The notes under the pieces were generated by a model. The model saw nothing but the letters and a program-made list of their open reading frames with translations, searched no databases and had not been told where the DNA came from. This document shows positions 1 to 13,265 of a DNA stretch of 64,000 nt, one piece after another (positions within the stretch are counted from its first letter, which is position 1; each line of letters opens with the position of its first letter). The stretch covers positions 2,976,001 through 3,040,000 of the forward strand of contig OX597822.1 of the NCBI GenBank assembly GCA_951406725.2. Reading direction: 5' to 3'. The DNA comes from Octopus vulgaris. Its lineage: Eukaryota. The position numbers were made by a program, and so were the translations under genes.

Positions 1-41
<41 letters not shown>

Positions 42-54
42 CATTATTATTATT

Positions 55-738
55 TTGGTTCGTCTCAGGTTAGGTCTTATTCTTAGTAGGGATTGTCGAT
101 AGCGGTTTACTGCCAGTAACTGCAGGTAACCACAAGTTTTCTGCAGTCTTTCAAGTTCTTAGGGGTCTCTTGATCCTTGATCTCCCTAAGAGACAAACTT
201 TATGTAGGAGCTCCACCGGGTATTCTATTACACCCTGCCTCGGCCATTTATCTATATCTTCGCTTGCTGTTTACAACACACCATTTATTTCAGGCACGAT
301 CTTTACAGTGCGCATGCTCCAAATTCTTCCTATTTCAAATTTTAATGGATTATATTTTTTTGTATTTTTTCCCCTCTTCCTATTCGTTCCTGGAATCAAG
401 TGGGCATAATAGGTCGATAAGTGAGTGACTTCGATTTTCCTTATCTACGATTCTAATATTTGGTCCATTGTTTTCTAATTCTTGTCCGCTTGAATTTGAA
501 TAGAGTGTAAGATTTTGTGAAGCCTCACAAAATCTTACATTTCTCCAACTCTGGTACTCTTTCAACTCGATCACTGTATCATGTGTTTCCAGTTTCAAAT
601 TTGCCATTTGTGTCACCAGTTTCCAAAGTAAAACTTTTACAACCTGGTTGTGCCACCATTTCTTATATTCTTCTTGTGCCAACTTGGGGGCATTCTGCCA
701 CAATGTGTGTGCCACTGTCTCGTTCCAAGTTCCACTGG
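55..738 (-). mobile_element. 5'-truncated RLE-type non-LTR retrotransposon (R4/Dong-like) 3' end
   Basis: ORF 380-715(-) contains PKLAQEEYKKWWHNQVVKVLLWKL...NNGPNIRIVDKENRSHSLID, a decayed RHD / PD-D restriction-like endonuclease domain. (TAA)n tracts flank it at 1-54 and 739-848, the known target of Dong/R4-clade elements. Confidence 0.75.
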
Positions 739-849
<111 letters not shown>

Positions 850-922
850 TTAATAACAGTTTGATTTTGCTCCATACAACTTAAAGTTTCGTAGGTACGT
901 CAAAGGAAGCTAGCTCATATAT

Positions 923-958
<36 letters not shown>

Positions 959-966
959 TTCCACGC

Positions 967-1078
<112 letters not shown>

Positions 1079-1318
1079 GTCTATATGTGTATGTTTATAT
1101 ACGTTCATACATACATAAATATACACACACACATGCATACACACACTTGATTGCTGAATCAGTGATGCCAACGCTGTAACTAATCCACTAAAATGCGAAT
1201 GAGATTTACGCATCTCTGAAGAGTTGACCATGCAATTCGATTATCTAAAATACATTACATAACTGATAACCATCTTTCAACTATATATTTTACAAACAAT
1301 CTCTCTTGTTTTGCCTTG

Positions 1319-1383
<65 letters not shown>

Positions 1384-1427
1384 GCTAGCTAGCTAGCTAG
1401 CTAGCTAGCTAGCTAGCTATCAATCTG

Positions 1428-1491
<64 letters not shown>

Positions 1492-2277
1492 CATACATAT
1501 GAAGATTGATAGATAAATAGTGGGGGAGAGAGAAAGACAGAGAGAGATAGAGAGTATGTGTGTGTTTGGGAGCACTTACTACACACACACACACTCACAC
1601 ACATTCACATTCAAAATACACTTTAATCAAAATCTTCCTACACTTGGACGCTGAGTTTTACGCTTCACCGATTCAGCCGTAATAAAAGAAACAAGTCCAC
1701 CGATCTTACATCTATATAAGATATAAAAACATGGAAAACAATGTTATATACGTTAACAATAGGACCTGTTTTGTTTTGGTTGAGGCGTGTAACAGTATTA
1801 TTCAATACAAAATAAATATATTGTTTCTATAGGAATTGTATCATAAACACCCGGCCAGAGATAATATCATTTTATCGCCATAACTACTACATGCTCCACC
1901 CAAATCAAAAGTTTTTATTGTTAACGTATATATTCGTCGGCTTTATATTTCATAAGTATGTGTGGGTGAATCTGTGCGAATGTAGGTGCATACGTATATC
2001 TATATATCTATGTGTATATATTTGGGTACACACACACACACACGTGTGTATATGTTTCTTCGTTCGACCTTTTTACTCTTTTGCTTTGCCGAAAAATCGA
2101 AAGACCGCTAGAACGGGAAGCTGAAGACTAAGATTTTGTGAAGTTTTATATTCACTCCAGCGGGATTCTACTGTTCACACGCTTGTGCACCCATACATAT
2201 ATAGGTTTGTGGGTGTATATTCATAGGTTTATACATACATATCTATTAATATATGTATACATAAATATATGTATATT

Positions 2278-2429
2278 CTTTTATTGTTTTACTTGTTTCC
2301 GTCATTTGACTGCAGCCATGGTGGTGCAGCGCCTGTTGTCAAACAAAGCGACCCCAGGACTTATTGTTTGTCGGGCGATGTTGGGGAACAAGCACAGACA
2401 CAAATACACATACACATACATACGCACAC

Positions 2430-2463
<34 letters not shown>

Positions 2464-2641
2464 AGAGTTTACGAAAAAAAAACAAAAGACGAAGGCAGGT
2501 GATGTATAAAACAAACAGATGTATTAGTATAACGCTCAGGAATAGAAAATGTCTTTTATGTTTCGAGCCTACGCTATTCTACAGAAAGGGACACAGAAAA
2601 AACAAGGAGAGAAACAAGGAGAGAAAAAATGTGTGTAGTGG

Positions 2642-2677
<36 letters not shown>

Positions 2678-2817
2678 CTGGCTTCTTCAGTTTCCGTCTA
2701 CCAAATCCAACCACAATCATTTTGTCCGCCTGAGGCTGTATCAGAAGGCACTTACCGAAGGTGCCATGCAGTGAGACTGAAACCGGAAGCAAACCTCTTA
2801 CCACATAGCCACTCCTG
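2278..2817 (-). mobile_element. SINE family A copy interrupted by an insertion at 2461-2642
   Basis: 3' half (2278-2430) and 5' half (2676-2817) match the complete copy at 51040-51480 in reverse complement. Confidence 0.75.
2461..2642 (-). mobile_element. (TA)n-embedded short element with degenerate hammerhead motif (Penelope-LTR/retrozyme-like)
   Basis: Bounded by (TA)n on both sides. Shares the acgctcag block and the tttcga..ct(c/a)ttc..c(a/g)gaaa block with 22400-22580 and 40430-40615. Confidence 0.55.
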
Positions 2818-3118
2818 TATATGCCATCACGCAATTTTAAAGCACATCATAAAAATCTGCCTAACTACGTGTCCAACTGGCAAGAAACTCTGACTATCTC
2901 CCACTTTAATATAGTGTACATTAAGTAATAGTTATCTCACATTGGATCGTGTATTTTTTTCTTGATCCTGCCTTAGCGGAACGGTAAATTGTGCATGTGT
3001 ATACGTGTGGATGCGTGGATGTTGTATAGACATATATGTTCCTAATGTGGAGTGCCCCCACGTGGACCCTAGTAGTTCAGCATAACTATTACTTTAAAGT
3101 GCATAGATACAAACATCG

Positions 3119-3150
<32 letters not shown>

Positions 3151-3395
3151 CATACATACATACATACATACATACATACATACATGCATACATATACACA
3201 CACATATGTATGTACTCTTTGTTTTTGTGTGTGCATTATTAAGTTTAGAAACAAATTACCATCGGATTTATATCACGAAGCATCTAAGATGAAATTTATT
3301 ACGAAGAAAATTTACTCTTTTTGGCGGTTGTTCGGAGCTCGCATAGTTTACCTAGAATATCGCACGCTTGTGTCTATTAACACATACATGTAACA

Positions 3396-3457
<62 letters not shown>

Positions 3458-3519
3458 GAGAAAGAAACAGAGGTAAAAAGATAGATATAGATAACGTGTG
3501 TACATGTATATGTTTATAT

Positions 3520-3552
<33 letters not shown>

Positions 3553-3635
3553 CACTTATATTTATATACAAACATATGTATATTATATATATATATAAGT
3601 ACAGATACATAAAGACTAGAAAAAATGAAGATGTG

Positions 3636-3686
<51 letters not shown>

Positions 3687-4385
3687 CTTATTTTTGTATG
3701 TATATATGCACACACACATAACTGTATGTATATATGTACACATGCATAGAGACGGGGAAAAAATGTAGATGTGATGATCATTGATGCGATCAATCAGGCA
3801 AGGAAAATAAGAAAATAAGATATATTCGATCTATTACAAAGACTACATCCTGCAAATTATTATTGATAGAAACTTCACTGATAGAATTCCTAAGTAGAAC
3901 TTAAAGAAATGTGATAATTAAATTTAACGAACTCACCTCGAAGCCAATTAAATAGAAATTTGTCGTTTTATAAAATGGCTGATCTGATATCGCGTCGTCT
4001 GCTCACCGAGATTTATGATATTTACGCAACATTAAATCGAAGTAAATATTGAGAAAATTCGATGACGTAGTTTGCAAACTACTTATGGCAGATGAAATAA
4101 ATCAAGTCTTTAGATATATATTGACTATTAAGTTATAAAAACTGTTATATTTGCTCCTAATTTTCTGAACCGATGATATCGCCATAAGGATGTGTCGCTT
4201 TTTTTTCTTCACCTTTTAAATAAATCATGAGAATAACAGGCTTCATTTAACTAAATTGATTTACTTTGATATCATGTCGACGTCTATGGATATATAAAAT
4301 GTGTTGAGACTAGCACAATTACAGTTTCATACAACGCTAATTGACGTTTTTCATCCTGAGTAAACACACTCTTTCTCTCACACAC

Positions 4386-4511
<126 letters not shown>

Positions 4512-4531
4512 CTCACTTACCTTACATACAT

Positions 4532-4596
<65 letters not shown>

Positions 4597-4597
4597 A

Positions 4598-4875
4598 AGG
4601 CGCAATGGCCCACTGCTTAGGGCAGCGGACTCACGGTCACGGTATCGATTCCCAGACCGGACGTTGTGAGTGTTTATTGGCCGAAAACACCTAAAGTGGC
4701 GATCGATCCTGCAGTACTCTTTCGCCACAACTGTCTCTCACTCTTCCTTCTATTGACCATCTCGCTTAGCCAGCGAGGCGTTGTCATTTGAAGGCTAAAA
4801 CAATGCGTAACGCTTTGTGACCCGCGATGTGTAGCAACATCTGATAGCCTGGTCGGTCATGGTTATTACGGTGAT
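4598..4875 (+). mobile_element. tRNA-derived SINE (third family)
   Basis: Starts ggcgcaatggcccactgcttagggcagcggac (A-box-like) followed by ggtatcgattccc (B-box-like); lies between microsatellites. Confidence 0.55.
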
Positions 4876-4901
4876 ATATATATATAGATAGATAGAGAGA
4901 T

Positions 4902-4982
<81 letters not shown>

Positions 4983-5568
4983 GAGGGGGAGACCGTATGG
5001 ACAAACAAAAGGAAGTACTCGGCTCATTCGTGAGGAGGTACATATATTATACTCAAAAGATTTCTAGGCAGTGATCTGGCAGATCCGTTAACACGCCAAG
5101 CAAAATGTTTAGCGGCATTTCGTCCGTCTTTACGTTCTGAGTTTAAATTCTGCTGAGGTTGATTTTGCGTATCATCCTTTCGGCATCGAAGAAATAAGTA
5201 CCAGTGAAATGCTGGGGTCAATATAATCGCCTTAGCCCCTCCCTCAGAATACAGGCTCCTTGTAATTTATAACTGTGAAAGCTTATTTCATGAATCGCCA
5301 AAGCCTGACGACATGTTTGTGGAACAGGTGTAACTCGCTTAGCCTTCATAATGGTAAAAATGGGTAAACATCATTCTGTTGTACATCTACTAATTTTATA
5401 ACGGTTGAAGAAATGAATCCATGAGCATGATCAACCCGATTCCACGGATACTACGGACTCTTCTATAATTACCCCAGGAATACGGTCTTGTTCTCTTAAG
5501 AGAAATGTGGTTTGTGGAAACGCGTGTAGCGATGCATTAAATGTTCTTTTGTTTTAACGCAGTTTACT

Positions 5569-5680
5569 AAAATAGAGTACAGGACATATAACACATGGAA
5601 AATTCGAAACGCGGAGTAGATGAAACAGGCGACTGAAGAAAGGGAATTTTCCTTGTGTTCTATGTCCTGTACTCTATTTT
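5569..5680. repeat. Inverted repeat, 37-bp arms
   Basis: 5569-5605 is the reverse complement of 5644-5680 with 2 mismatches; 38-nt loop. Confidence 0.9.
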
Positions 5681-5846
5681 TTCGTTGTTTAAGAAAAATG
5701 TCCAGTTCCTTGGTTTTGTGTTTATGTTTTCGTTTCTCATTGTGTTCGACGTTTTTTTGGTGTCCTGTACAAATATATGCATGTATATATGCATATGTTT
5801 TATTTATTTATTAATTTATATATTATTAATTTATATATATTTATTA

Positions 5847-5906
<60 letters not shown>

Positions 5907-6210
5907 ACACACGTGTGCACACACACAAACATGCATTAAGATGACAACATTGTTATATGATACGGAAAACAGGAAATTCTTGACCTGACGTTGAATGTAT
6001 GCGATTAACTTCGTAACCTACATTGCTTTAAATACTCATTCGCGCGCGCGCACGCACACACACGCGAGTAAATGTCTACATATATGCACGTTATGCATAT
6101 TAAAATATAGAAACGGAAACGTGCGCGCGTACACACACACACACTTAGCTACATACATGCAATGTATAAAAATATCCAAACAAGCGTACATATTTCTTTT
6201 TCCTTATTCG

Positions 6211-6246
<36 letters not shown>

Positions 6247-6342
6247 CATACATACACGTATATATACATATATATATATATACATACATATAAATATATA
6301 AATATATATATATATGTATATACATGCATGCATAAATATGTA

Positions 6343-6376
<34 letters not shown>

Positions 6377-6380
6377 AATG

Positions 6381-6412
<32 letters not shown>

Positions 6413-6417
6413 CTTAA

Positions 6418-6466
<49 letters not shown>

Positions 6467-6636
6467 TAGATAGATAGGTAGATAGATAGAGAGATAGAGA
6501 GAGCGAAAGAGATTTGTAAATGTGTTTGTGTGTGTGTATATGTATGTGTATATGTAAATATATGGCTCTATATGTGAGTGTTTGTAACTCGTATGTTTAT
6601 GTTTCCAGTCTAGATTATTTTCTACATTATTTTCAT

Positions 6637-6702
<66 letters not shown>

Positions 6703-6829
6703 CTCTCTCTCTCTCTCTCACTCACACACACACATCTACGTACGCATACATAAACATGCATAAAACATCTGACCATATATACACAAATTCATACATCACG
6801 TAAATTCATAAAGACAATTAGATATACAC

Positions 6830-6967
6830 TTACACAAACGCACACACAATCGTACATATACACTCATAAACAGACATGCACACACAATCGCACATATACA
6901 CTCATAGACAGACACGTACACACAATCGCACATATACACTCATAGACAGACACACGCACACACAATC
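6830..6967. repeat. Minisatellite, ~34-38 bp unit, ~4 copies
   Basis: Repeated cacacaatcgcacatatacactcatagacaga motif. Confidence 0.75.
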
Positions 6968-7853
6968 AGTGAGCTATGTAAACAGAGATTAGCAACCGAC
7001 AACATTATCACAATTTTATAATATTCGACTTTTTGTCTTTTTATCCTTCATGACGATCAGACAATCTCGAAACACCTAATTAAACTTGCTTCTACGACAT
7101 ACAGACTTATCCAACCGGACGTCCTTCTGTCTTCTCTCTTTACACACAGACACACACACACGTACACAAATATATTTATATATCGTTGTTGGCCTTCACT
7201 CGTATCCGGGTTGTAGACGTGTAACCAGTGATGGAGCCTCTTCATAGGAAAGGAGAGGCTCGTTGTTCAAGTAACAGTCCACCTTCGCCTGATTTTATTT
7301 AGCGTGGACCATGTTTAGCGATCAGAAGAAGGCCGGCGCAATTGGACACCGGCCTTCACTATCTGTGTCTGGGATTGGTGACATGTGACATGCCGGATCG
7401 GATTAGAGTAGTAGCAACAGGTTCCCAGATGTCTGGGATATAATCGAAATCCGCCTTGTTATATACATACGACGGACATCCACACAGTTTCTGACTACCA
7501 AATTCCTTATTAAGGCATTGGTTGGCCCGGAGCTATAGGAAAAGACACTTCCTCAAGATGCGACCTATTGGGACTGAACCCCTAACCACTTGGTTGCCAC
7601 TTGGTAACCACAACAGCCATACTGACGCCTTGAAATCTTCCAGATATTTTTCGTTTTGTTTTGCCTTTTAGGGAGTTAGTGGTGAGATCTTAGTTAGAGG
7701 AGAGGGGCAGAAACCCCATGACGGTTTTCAGGGCAACAGTGACTGATAGTGGAAAGCCTGAAGACCCGAGACCTTAAAACGAGGGTTTACCAAAAAACTA
7801 TGTCATCAGCTAACCAATTAGAATAACAGTATTATACAGTGATAGAGATAAAT

Positions 7854-7930
<77 letters not shown>

Positions 7931-8550
7931 CACACACACACGCATACACAGAAGCAGCATGACCACGGTGTGCGACAAAACTGTACCCTTTTGAATCTCA
8001 GGTATTGTCTATCTAAAGGCTTCTTTACAGTTTCCATCCTTCTAATTTCACTTACAAGGTATGGTTCGATCCAATCCAAGGCTGCAGTAAATGACCTTAG
8101 ACCAACATGCTGAGCAATGAGATCGAATCCGGAATCTCGGAGTTGCGAAGCGAACTTCCTAACTCTTTGGCCATACGGCGTCTGCTATAGACACATACGC
8201 ATACTCGTGTCCACAAAAGACTCTGTCTGTCTATGATAAACAAATGTAGAGAGAGAATAAGAAAGAGAGAGAGGGGGAGAGGGAGAGACAGAGAGATTAT
8301 ATTAGCCTGTGCGTCTTATTCAAATCTAAAAGGCCGCCGTTGCTGAGATGCAAGGTCACGCTGAGTCTGTCAAGTGAAACAGTGTAACTTTCATCATGTG
8401 TAAGCTTGACAGTCATCTGTCATCAGTTCCAAAGGAGGTGATGACATTCGTGCGCACGCACGTTATATACATGACATAAACGTATATATTTGTATAATAC
8501 ACAAACACACACTATATATATATAGAGAGAGGGAGGGAGAGAATGAACAG

Positions 8551-8581
<31 letters not shown>

Positions 8582-8664
8582 TTAAATAAGGGTAGAAATT
8601 GATATTAATCAATTAAAACCAGTGGCCTAGCATATTTTTTTTTTAATCCGAAGATTAAAAATTT

Positions 8665-8941
8665 TTTACATACAAAATTTAGAGGATTGACCACTAAAAG
8701 TGGACAGCCTGTATGCTAGATATAAACATCAAAATCACCATTTTCCTCGGAGAATGTGTTCTCAAGAGAAAATTCAGCAAAAAACCAGTGTCTTGGTTTG
8801 TCTTGCTTATTTTTTACACTTTGGTTTTTTGCTGAATTTTTTTCTTGAGAACACATTCTCCGTGGAAAATAGCGATTTTGACATCTATATCTTGCATACA
8901 GGCTGTCCACTATTAGTGGTCATTCCTCTAAATATTGTATG

Positions 8942-8945
<4 letters not shown>
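8665..8945. repeat. Long fold-back palindrome (~127-bp arms)
   Basis: 8665-8791 is the reverse complement of 8816-8945. The ORF track shows near-identical peptides (MDSLYARY...) on both strands here. Confidence 0.9.
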
Positions 8946-8979
<34 letters not shown>

Positions 8980-9019
8980 TTATACATGAGTAATAGATAG
9001 CTCAGCATGTATATATGGG

Positions 9020-9070
9020 TTCTTTTATTCGTTTATTTGTTTCAGTCGTTTGACTGCGGCCATGACACAA

Positions 9071-9113
<43 letters not shown>

Positions 9114-9272
9114 AGACGGGCTTCTTTCAGTTTCCGTCTACCAAATCCACTCACAAGGCTTTGGTCAGCCTGAGGCTGTAGTAGAAGGCAGTTGCCCAAG
9201 GTTCCACGCAGAGGGACTGAACCCGGAACCATGTGGTTGGTAAGCAAGCTACTTACCACACAGCCAGTCCTG
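9020..9272 (-). mobile_element. SINE family A, internally deleted copy
   Basis: Matches head and tail of 51040-51480 in reverse complement. Confidence 0.75.
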
Positions 9273-10244
9273 TTATTATTTGTGTTATAATATTTTTACG
9301 GTTGAATCAAAGCATTTCGTTCTGTTTCTGCGTTAAGTTCTCTTCTCTATCGACTTTGAAAGCCTTGCCTTAATGCTATCTTTCGATAGGATGAAAGGCA
9401 AGATTTTGAACTCAGGAACTCAGGGTGAGAACAAATACTGCTAGACATTTTTATCGAACGCTCTAGCGATTCTGCCAGTTCCCTGCCAGTCCCTCGTTAT
9501 CATAATGTATGTTCAATCTATGTTCAAGCCACCATATTGAAATTTTGTAGGATATACCGAACTGAATTACTGAATGAATTAATTGTGATATCGTAAACGT
9601 TTTCTCATTAGTGTAAGCTTTTATCCAATAATAATTCGTCATTATTTTAGACAAAATAGTATTAAAAGAAAATATATGTACATATTATCAAAGCTGGGGA
9701 TAGTTCATATTACCCCATATTGCATTAAATTTATCTCTTTCTCGTATGTAACAGTGAGATGTTATTTGATAAATTAAATAATTTTATTAAATACTGTAGT
9801 AAAAAAAAAAAAATTAAAATGCTTCACCGCCGTTATGCACAAATATGCGTTTGCTTTGAGGCTAAGGTGTTAGCAGTAATGATAATTGTAATTATATTAA
9901 AGCTCATAATTAGTTTTAATTTACTTCTGGATTTAAATCGTAATTATTCTCATTTTTTATTTTATTCTTATTCTTTTGCTTTCTTTTATCTCTTTCATTT
10001 GACTCAGGCTATGTTGTAGCACCGAGTTCCTTCGAAAGTGGGTTTTATTTTTGTTCTTTTAACCGTTTAATCGATCAAATTGACCCGGGTATTTATTAAG
10101 TTTGTTACTTATTCCATCGGTTTCGTATTTGACGAACCGCTAACATAAACGAAACTCCTGTGAATTGCTTTTCTGTCGTAAGATAAGTGTACTTGTATTT
10201 CTCTTTAACAATACTTGTAAAAGTATTCCGTTAATATATATCTA

Positions 10245-10560
10245 GGCGCAGGCGTGGCATGGGTGATAAGAAGCTTGTTTCCCAACCACAATGTTCCGGG
10301 TTCAGTCCCACTGCGTGGCACCTCGGGCAAAGTGTCTTCTACTAAAGCCTCAGGCCGACCAAAGCCTTGAGAGTGGATTTGGTTGATGGAAACTGAAAGA
10401 AGCTCGTCGTGTGTGTGTTTGTGTCTGCGTTTGTGTCTCGTTTGTCCCTCACCACCGCATGACATCCGGTGATAGTGTGTTTACTTCCCTGTAACTTGGC
10501 AGTTCAGCAAACTGGACCAATAGAATAAAAATCAGGCTTTAAAGCAGAGTACTGGGATCA
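10245..10560 (+). mobile_element. SINE family A copy
   Basis: ggcgcaggcgtggcatgggtgataagaagcttg...gggttcagtcccactgcgtggcacctcgggcaaagtgtcttc head as at 51040. Confidence 0.8.
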
Positions 10561-11162
10561 ATGCATACGCACACAGGGTGTTCGAACGACCATCGTTTCG
10601 ATAATGTCCTTTTAGTTCGTATCCATTATGCTGCATTTCATCATTTCAATGTACTGTGGCTCGGGTACTTACATGATATTTTACCCGGGGTGGAACTTCT
10701 GGATACGATCTAAGGTCATATCCAATTGATTTTTGTCAACATGTTTTTCAGAGTATTTAAGATTTGTTTTTTCTGATTTTATAAAAGCTATGCTTGATAA
10801 TAATACATAATAATAACGATCGTATCATGTGCTTACAGAAAAAAATTGGAATACATAAAACAGAATTGACCAAACTGTAAATAATATTGATTAAGTATTT
10901 GAATGATAAAGAATAAAAATCTAGGCCGGCTTTAAGTTGTGATTAGAAATGTTTTCATATTAAGACTTAATTATCACATTAACGTATATTTCGGTCAGTG
11001 GTTCTTGACCTTTTTTGTTTGTTTGTAGCGCCCCCACCCTCTTTTAAGTACTTATGCCTAGCGCCCACCTAAGTGGAGAGTGTAAGCTAACTTGTTGTGG
11101 AAGATAATTTATAAATTTTGCTCTAAAAATGGTAGAAAATGAATAAAAACAGGTGTAGATTT

Positions 11163-11325
11163 GAATCTTTTCCTTTTGAACGGCAGTTTTCAACCCAATT
11201 TCTAGTTAACTAAACACTTTTAAACTTTGTATACTGGTAGAATGTGTCGAAATAAAACATTTTTTTCTCTTGGCTTTCTTGAGAAGATTGTAATTTGTAA
11301 GTTTAACGTAGTTTAATTTTTCGAT
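11163..11325 (-). mobile_element. Truncated copy of the MITE at 24298-24715
   Basis: Diverged reverse complement of ~24555-24715, including the TIR (gaatcttttccttttgaacggcagtttt). Confidence 0.7.
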
Positions 11326-12249
11326 TGCCTCTATTTAGCTAAAATCATTTGCTGCGTCTAAAACTGAGACAACATCCTGTCACTGTTATGTTTACGTTCG
11401 GTTAAACCATTGGGAGTGAAGGACTCCTAGCCTTTGTCAGGGTATCCTTCTAGGAGAAGGTAACTAGGATAACTCCGACATAAAACCTGCAGCTCAGTGG
11501 TTACCGATGATGTTGACTTGTTCTTCTTTTCGGATTATGGCTGCTGTTGCTTAGTGAGTGGGATTGACTCAGTGCACAGCCTTTCCTCGCTTTCAAAAAA
11601 ATCCTCTTGCACAGGCATTGCACGATAACAACATTGTTCATGATTGTTGATGGTGCTGTGAGTCTCAACTGAATGGCTGGCCGTAGCCTTAAAAAGCAAA
11701 TAAAATTCACATTCGATCACAGCACCAATAACAGTTAAGCTTCGTGAAATGGCCATACTCGATAACGAGGGGACAGCCATCATGTATGTATGTATATTTA
11801 TACGGGTCAGTGATTATGAGTGAAACTAGTAAGCGAAAAGCGCGAGAAACTTTTGCAAGTGCGCGCTCGAGTGTAGGCATGTGTGTGTTTGTTCATGTGA
11901 GTGTCTGTCGGGTGGTTCTTTTTTATTGCAATATATTTTTTCCAACTGTTTTGCTTATTATGTACTTTCCTGTTTGATGTTGCAATTGTTTGCCGTCATC
12001 GAAGTTGTTGTCATCGAGGCTGCTGTTGTTGTTGCTGTTGTTGTTGTTGCTGCTGTTGTTGCTTTATGTCTTTGTCTGGTACGCAATATTACTTAGTTAC
12101 TCTCGTTGTAATCCTAACAAGAAGCTGTTACAAATACATCAATAGAACATCAGTTGATATTTAGTTAGTCATACTAATATCGCAACCAATTTTATTCTCG
12201 TTTCATTGTTCGTCTCCAGTCAACGCTACTATGATACACACACCTACGT

Positions 12250-12291
<42 letters not shown>

Positions 12292-12356
12292 TGGTAAAAA
12301 CGGTAAGATAGCAAAAGAAAGAAAGAGACCTCAATATTATGTCAATAGAGGAAATT

Positions 12357-12489
12357 TATCTGTAAAATAATATGTGTCAAACTCTGAGTTTCGGATGCCG
12401 AGATGGTGTTGTGGATTTCCACCTCGGTATCTGAAACTCAGAGTTTTATCTTGGCTACCGAATAATTGTCACATATTATTTTACAGATA
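12357..12489. repeat. Nested inverted repeat in a (TA)n-embedded insert
   Basis: Outer arms 12357-12376/12470-12489, inner arms 12379-12406/12419-12446. Confidence 0.85.
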
Positions 12490-12499
12490 TATATATGTA

Positions 12500-12578
<79 letters not shown>

Positions 12579-12663
12579 AGCAATTAAATCTGATTTTTAT
12601 AGAACTATCCCTGATGTTTCAGGAGTGTAGCCTCACCCCCTTAGATGTTTGGAGAACTCAGAT

Positions 12664-12760
12664 GTGTTTTCGGCTGATGAGTACGGGCCACTTGTATTTG
12701 CTGCAATATTTGCAGCCTTAATTAAGCTTGTCTTCGTATGAAACAATTGTACCGAAATAC
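12664..12760 (+). ncRNA. Type I hammerhead ribozyme motif
   Basis: Stem I tttcgg(12668-73)/ccgaaa(12752-57); core CTGATGA 12674-80; stem II gtacg/cgtat with a long structured insert; GAAA 12740-43; palindromic stem III acaattgt; cleavage triplet GTA 12749-51. Confidence 0.75.
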
Positions 12761-12786
12761 TGATCCATTTTTGTTGCTTTTTTCTT

Positions 12787-12842
<56 letters not shown>

Positions 12843-13231
12843 TATATATATATTGAATAATGGGTTGAGATAACCCCCCAAGTTACTTATAGTTTCGTGG
12901 TGGCGAAAATGCATCCGGTTCATCGGACGTGCTTCTGAATGGCCGAGCTGGTCATTCTTTTACGTCCACGAAACTTTGAATAAGATGAGAGGAGTTAAGG
13001 GAACATGTTATTCCATAAATATAACTCCGTCTATGTATCTAATTCGTCTTCCGTTCGTATATTCACCTCGTGTGTTCACTCAGTCGTATGTGTGTGCGTA
13101 TGTATGTGAGTGTCTTTGTGAGTGTTCTGTGTTTCCTGCTTTAACTCGAGTCCATTTAAGTGTAAAATAGATGCTACACCTATGTAAACATTATCGATAT
13201 AATCTGTTCAATTTCTTTGTCATCGACAAAT

Positions 13232-13265
<34 letters not shown>

